From an uncultured delta proteobacterium (GTDB lineage Bacteria; Myxococcota; Myxococcia; Myxococcales; Myxococcaceae): a DNA stretch of 64,000 nt. A model generated the notes under the pieces. It saw nothing but the letters and a program-made list of their open reading frames with translations. It was not told where the DNA came from and did no database searches. The stretch covers positions 480,001 through 544,000 of the forward strand of contig CAVQKE010000007.1 in assembly GCA_963713045.1 (NCBI GenBank), in the 5' to 3' direction. Shown in pieces: positions 62,317 through 64,000 of this stretch. Within the stretch, counting starts at the first letter, position 1. Each line of letters opens with the position of its first letter. Position numbers and translations under genes: made by a program.

Positions 62317-62526
62317 TTAGCCCCAAAGGCCGGTCAGAAAGAGGAGAATACCGATTAAGGGCGTTTGTCTCGCCAAGATGTTGCTGCGACTGACGCGGCG
62401 TGTCTTCGAGGACTCGCGAGCTGTGGATGGACGCGCGACCCCTTCAAACGAGGCGGTTTCCCCCTTCTGTCTCCAGCGAGCAAGGGGCTTTCCCATAGGG
62501 TCTGACGTCCAGGACAACGTCAACAT
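62317..62526 (-). CDS. Small hypothetical protein
   Basis: GGAGG RBS 5 nt before the ATG; no family recognised. Confidence 0.35.
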   Translation of the reverse strand: MLTLSWTSDPMGKPLARWRQKGETASFEGVARPSTARESSKTRRVSRSNILARQTPLIGILLFLTGLWG

Positions 62527-62754
62527 GACTTCCTCCAGAACAAGAGCCCGAGCGCTCGCGGCTCATTGGGGAGAGCAGCGAACAAATCCGGCGGCTCTCG
62601 GTTAGGTGGTTCGGCAGCGGTCAGCTTGCGACTTTTCTGCCACAGGCACGGCGCCCGTGGGTGGGCAACTCCCTGCGCCACCGCGGCCATTCAACGAGCA
62701 GCGACGAAGTGTTTTGCAGAGCGATTCGTGCTTCGAGACCTCAAGCATCCCCAC

Positions 62755-63096
62755 TCACATTTTGAAAATTGTGCGCGAAACCGTCTGCGCCGAAAGAGAA
62801 GAACGCTGCCTCTCGGCTCCCCGGGGCGTTTCAGTTCCAGACCGGCGGGGCCGACTCGCGCTCTCGGCTCCCGGTGCGTCCCCTGCCCCCAATGCCGACT
62901 CGTCGCAGCCCGGTCCGTTGTCCGCATTGGCATCTGCAGTTGGGTGGAGCGGCGAGTCGGCGATGACCGCATGGGCCGGCGGTGGCCCCTCGACCCTCTG
63001 GGGGCGAGCGGTAGCCTCACCGCACCCCGGTAGGGCGAGCACGGCAAGGTGGGCAAACAACAACGCAACAATGAACGTCAAACTGTTCTTGCTCAT
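62755..63096 (-). CDS. Small putative lipoprotein
   Basis: Hydrophobic signal ending LPGC; divergent from the ECF sigma gene. Confidence 0.4.
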   Translation of the reverse strand: MSKNSLTFIVALLFAHLAVLALPGCGEATARPQRVEGPPPAHAVIADSPLHPTADANADNGPGCDESALGAGDAPGAESASRPRRSGTETPRGAERQRSSLSAQTVSRTIFKM

Positions 63097-63263
63097 GGGC
63101 ATCTCCAAAGGAGCCGAAGCGGCTGCGGCTCGCTGTCAACGGCGGCCGGTCAATTCACCGGCTTCACGTTGATGGGTACGGTCCGCCTGGAGGTTGTGAC
63201 CGGGGGTTCCGCCGTCATGCCCGACGCCAATTCGGCGCGCCCGGCCGGTGCTAGGCTTGTTCC

Positions 63264-63839
63264 ATGGCCGGCGAAGATGAGTTGGTTCTCTCGCTGCTCG
63301 ACGCCGGAGACAGTCGGGAGGCAGCCACTGTTCTTTTGCGGACAATCGGCCCGAGCGTCATCCGTTACCTCCGCTCGCTTCTACGAGACGAAGGCGCCGT
63401 GGACGATGCCTTTTCGCTCTTCGCCGAGTGGGCTTGGACCGGACTCGGCCGGTTTCGCCGCGACTCCTCGCTTCGCACCTGGGCCTTCGGTGTCGCTTGG
63501 AACGCCGCGCGGAGGGTCAGCGATGAGGCATGGCAGAAGCGGAAGGAGCGTCTGAACACGGAGGACGCATCCAAGCTGGCCCAGGAAATCCGCGCATCGT
63601 CCAGGCTCGAGCTTGACCGACAAGCGGATAAACTCGCAGAGCTTCGTCGGGAACTTTCGGCTGATGAGCAGAATCTTCTCGTCCTGCGCATCGATCAGCA
63701 GCTGTCGTGGGAGGAGATTGGTACCATTGTTGCCAGCGGTGACACGCCGGTATCGGCCACCGTGCTGCGCAAGCGTTTCGAGCGTCTCAAGGTGCGAATC
63801 GCCCGGATGGCGCGCCAGAGAGGGCTCGTCCAGCGCTGA
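63264..63839 (+). CDS. ECF-type RNA polymerase sigma factor
   Basis: Region 2 (DDAFS, FRRDSSLRTWAFGVAWN) and region 4 (LSWEEIG, RKRFER); no region 3. Confidence 0.88.
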   Translation: MAGEDELVLSLLDAGDSREAATVLLRTIGPSVIRYLRSLLRDEGAVDDAFSLFAEWAWTGLGRFRRDSSLRTWAFGVAWNAARRVSDEAWQKRKERLNTEDASKLAQEIRASSRLELDRQADKLAELRRELSADEQNLLVLRIDQQLSWEEIGTIVASGDTPVSATVLRKRFERLKVRIARMARQRGLVQR

Positions 63840-64000
63840 GGCCGCCGCTCTGCTGAGGGGTTCTGCCAGAGCCTTCGTTGGCCGACCTCACCATCCGAGC
63901 ATCCTCACCCCATCTGAGGCAGCGGCTGGCAGGCGAGCAGGCGGGGCCCGTCCTGAACTCGGCCCGAGGGCGGCCAATGACACGGCAATCGGCCGGGCGA

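Larger units (their letters stand above)
30719..64000. other. Accessory/plasticity region starting at tRNA-Asp (right end not seen)
   Basis: Visibly more AT-rich codon usage, IS remnant, long intergenic gaps, several gene relics, no core genes; no integrase or att repeat seen. Confidence 0.6.

Noticed and set aside
30690..64000. Integrase and attR copy of a tRNA 3' end
   Set aside because: None found by eye; could lie beyond the window, so the region is not called an intact integrative element

Overview
High-GC bacterial DNA whose gene content and order look myxobacterial (Myxococcota; inferred from gene families, no database search). Bases 1-30.7 kb are a core block: tsf, rpsB with its leader, secA, rlmM, a degenerate GGDEF protein, an M23 peptidase, a PP2C phosphatase, recN with a LexA-like box, a SWIM/SNF2 ATPase, an ABC exporter, nadK, rarA, an HsfBA-like sigma54 two-component pair with a readable sigma54 promoter, a REC-GGEEF cyclase, a KimA-like transporter, fadJ/fadI, hemE, tRNA-Val(TAC) and tRNA-Asp(GTC). 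The three genes in the first 4.7 kb carry frameshifts (one in tsf, many in rpsB and secA), most likely sequencing or assembly error. After tRNA-Asp the composition changes into a patchwork accessory region that opens with an ISL3 remnant. It holds a methyltransferase-rich surface-glycan cluster (31-46 kb), followed by redox enzymes, an RND pump, a DUF3500/N-terminal-His pair, gene relics (MbfA-like, GH15) and an ECF sigma factor. The best candidate for an undescribed system is a divergent six-gene module at 37.4-44.6 kb (MTase, small protein, GMC oxidoreductase, NAD-dependent SDR <-> polyprenyl-P GT2, GT-C transferase), which reads as a lipid-linked sugar-tailoring pathway. Next to it is a WbdD-like MTase/kinase-like/coiled-coil chain terminator. 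No CRISPR array, integrase or reverse transcriptase was seen. All functional calls come from motif recognition by eye.
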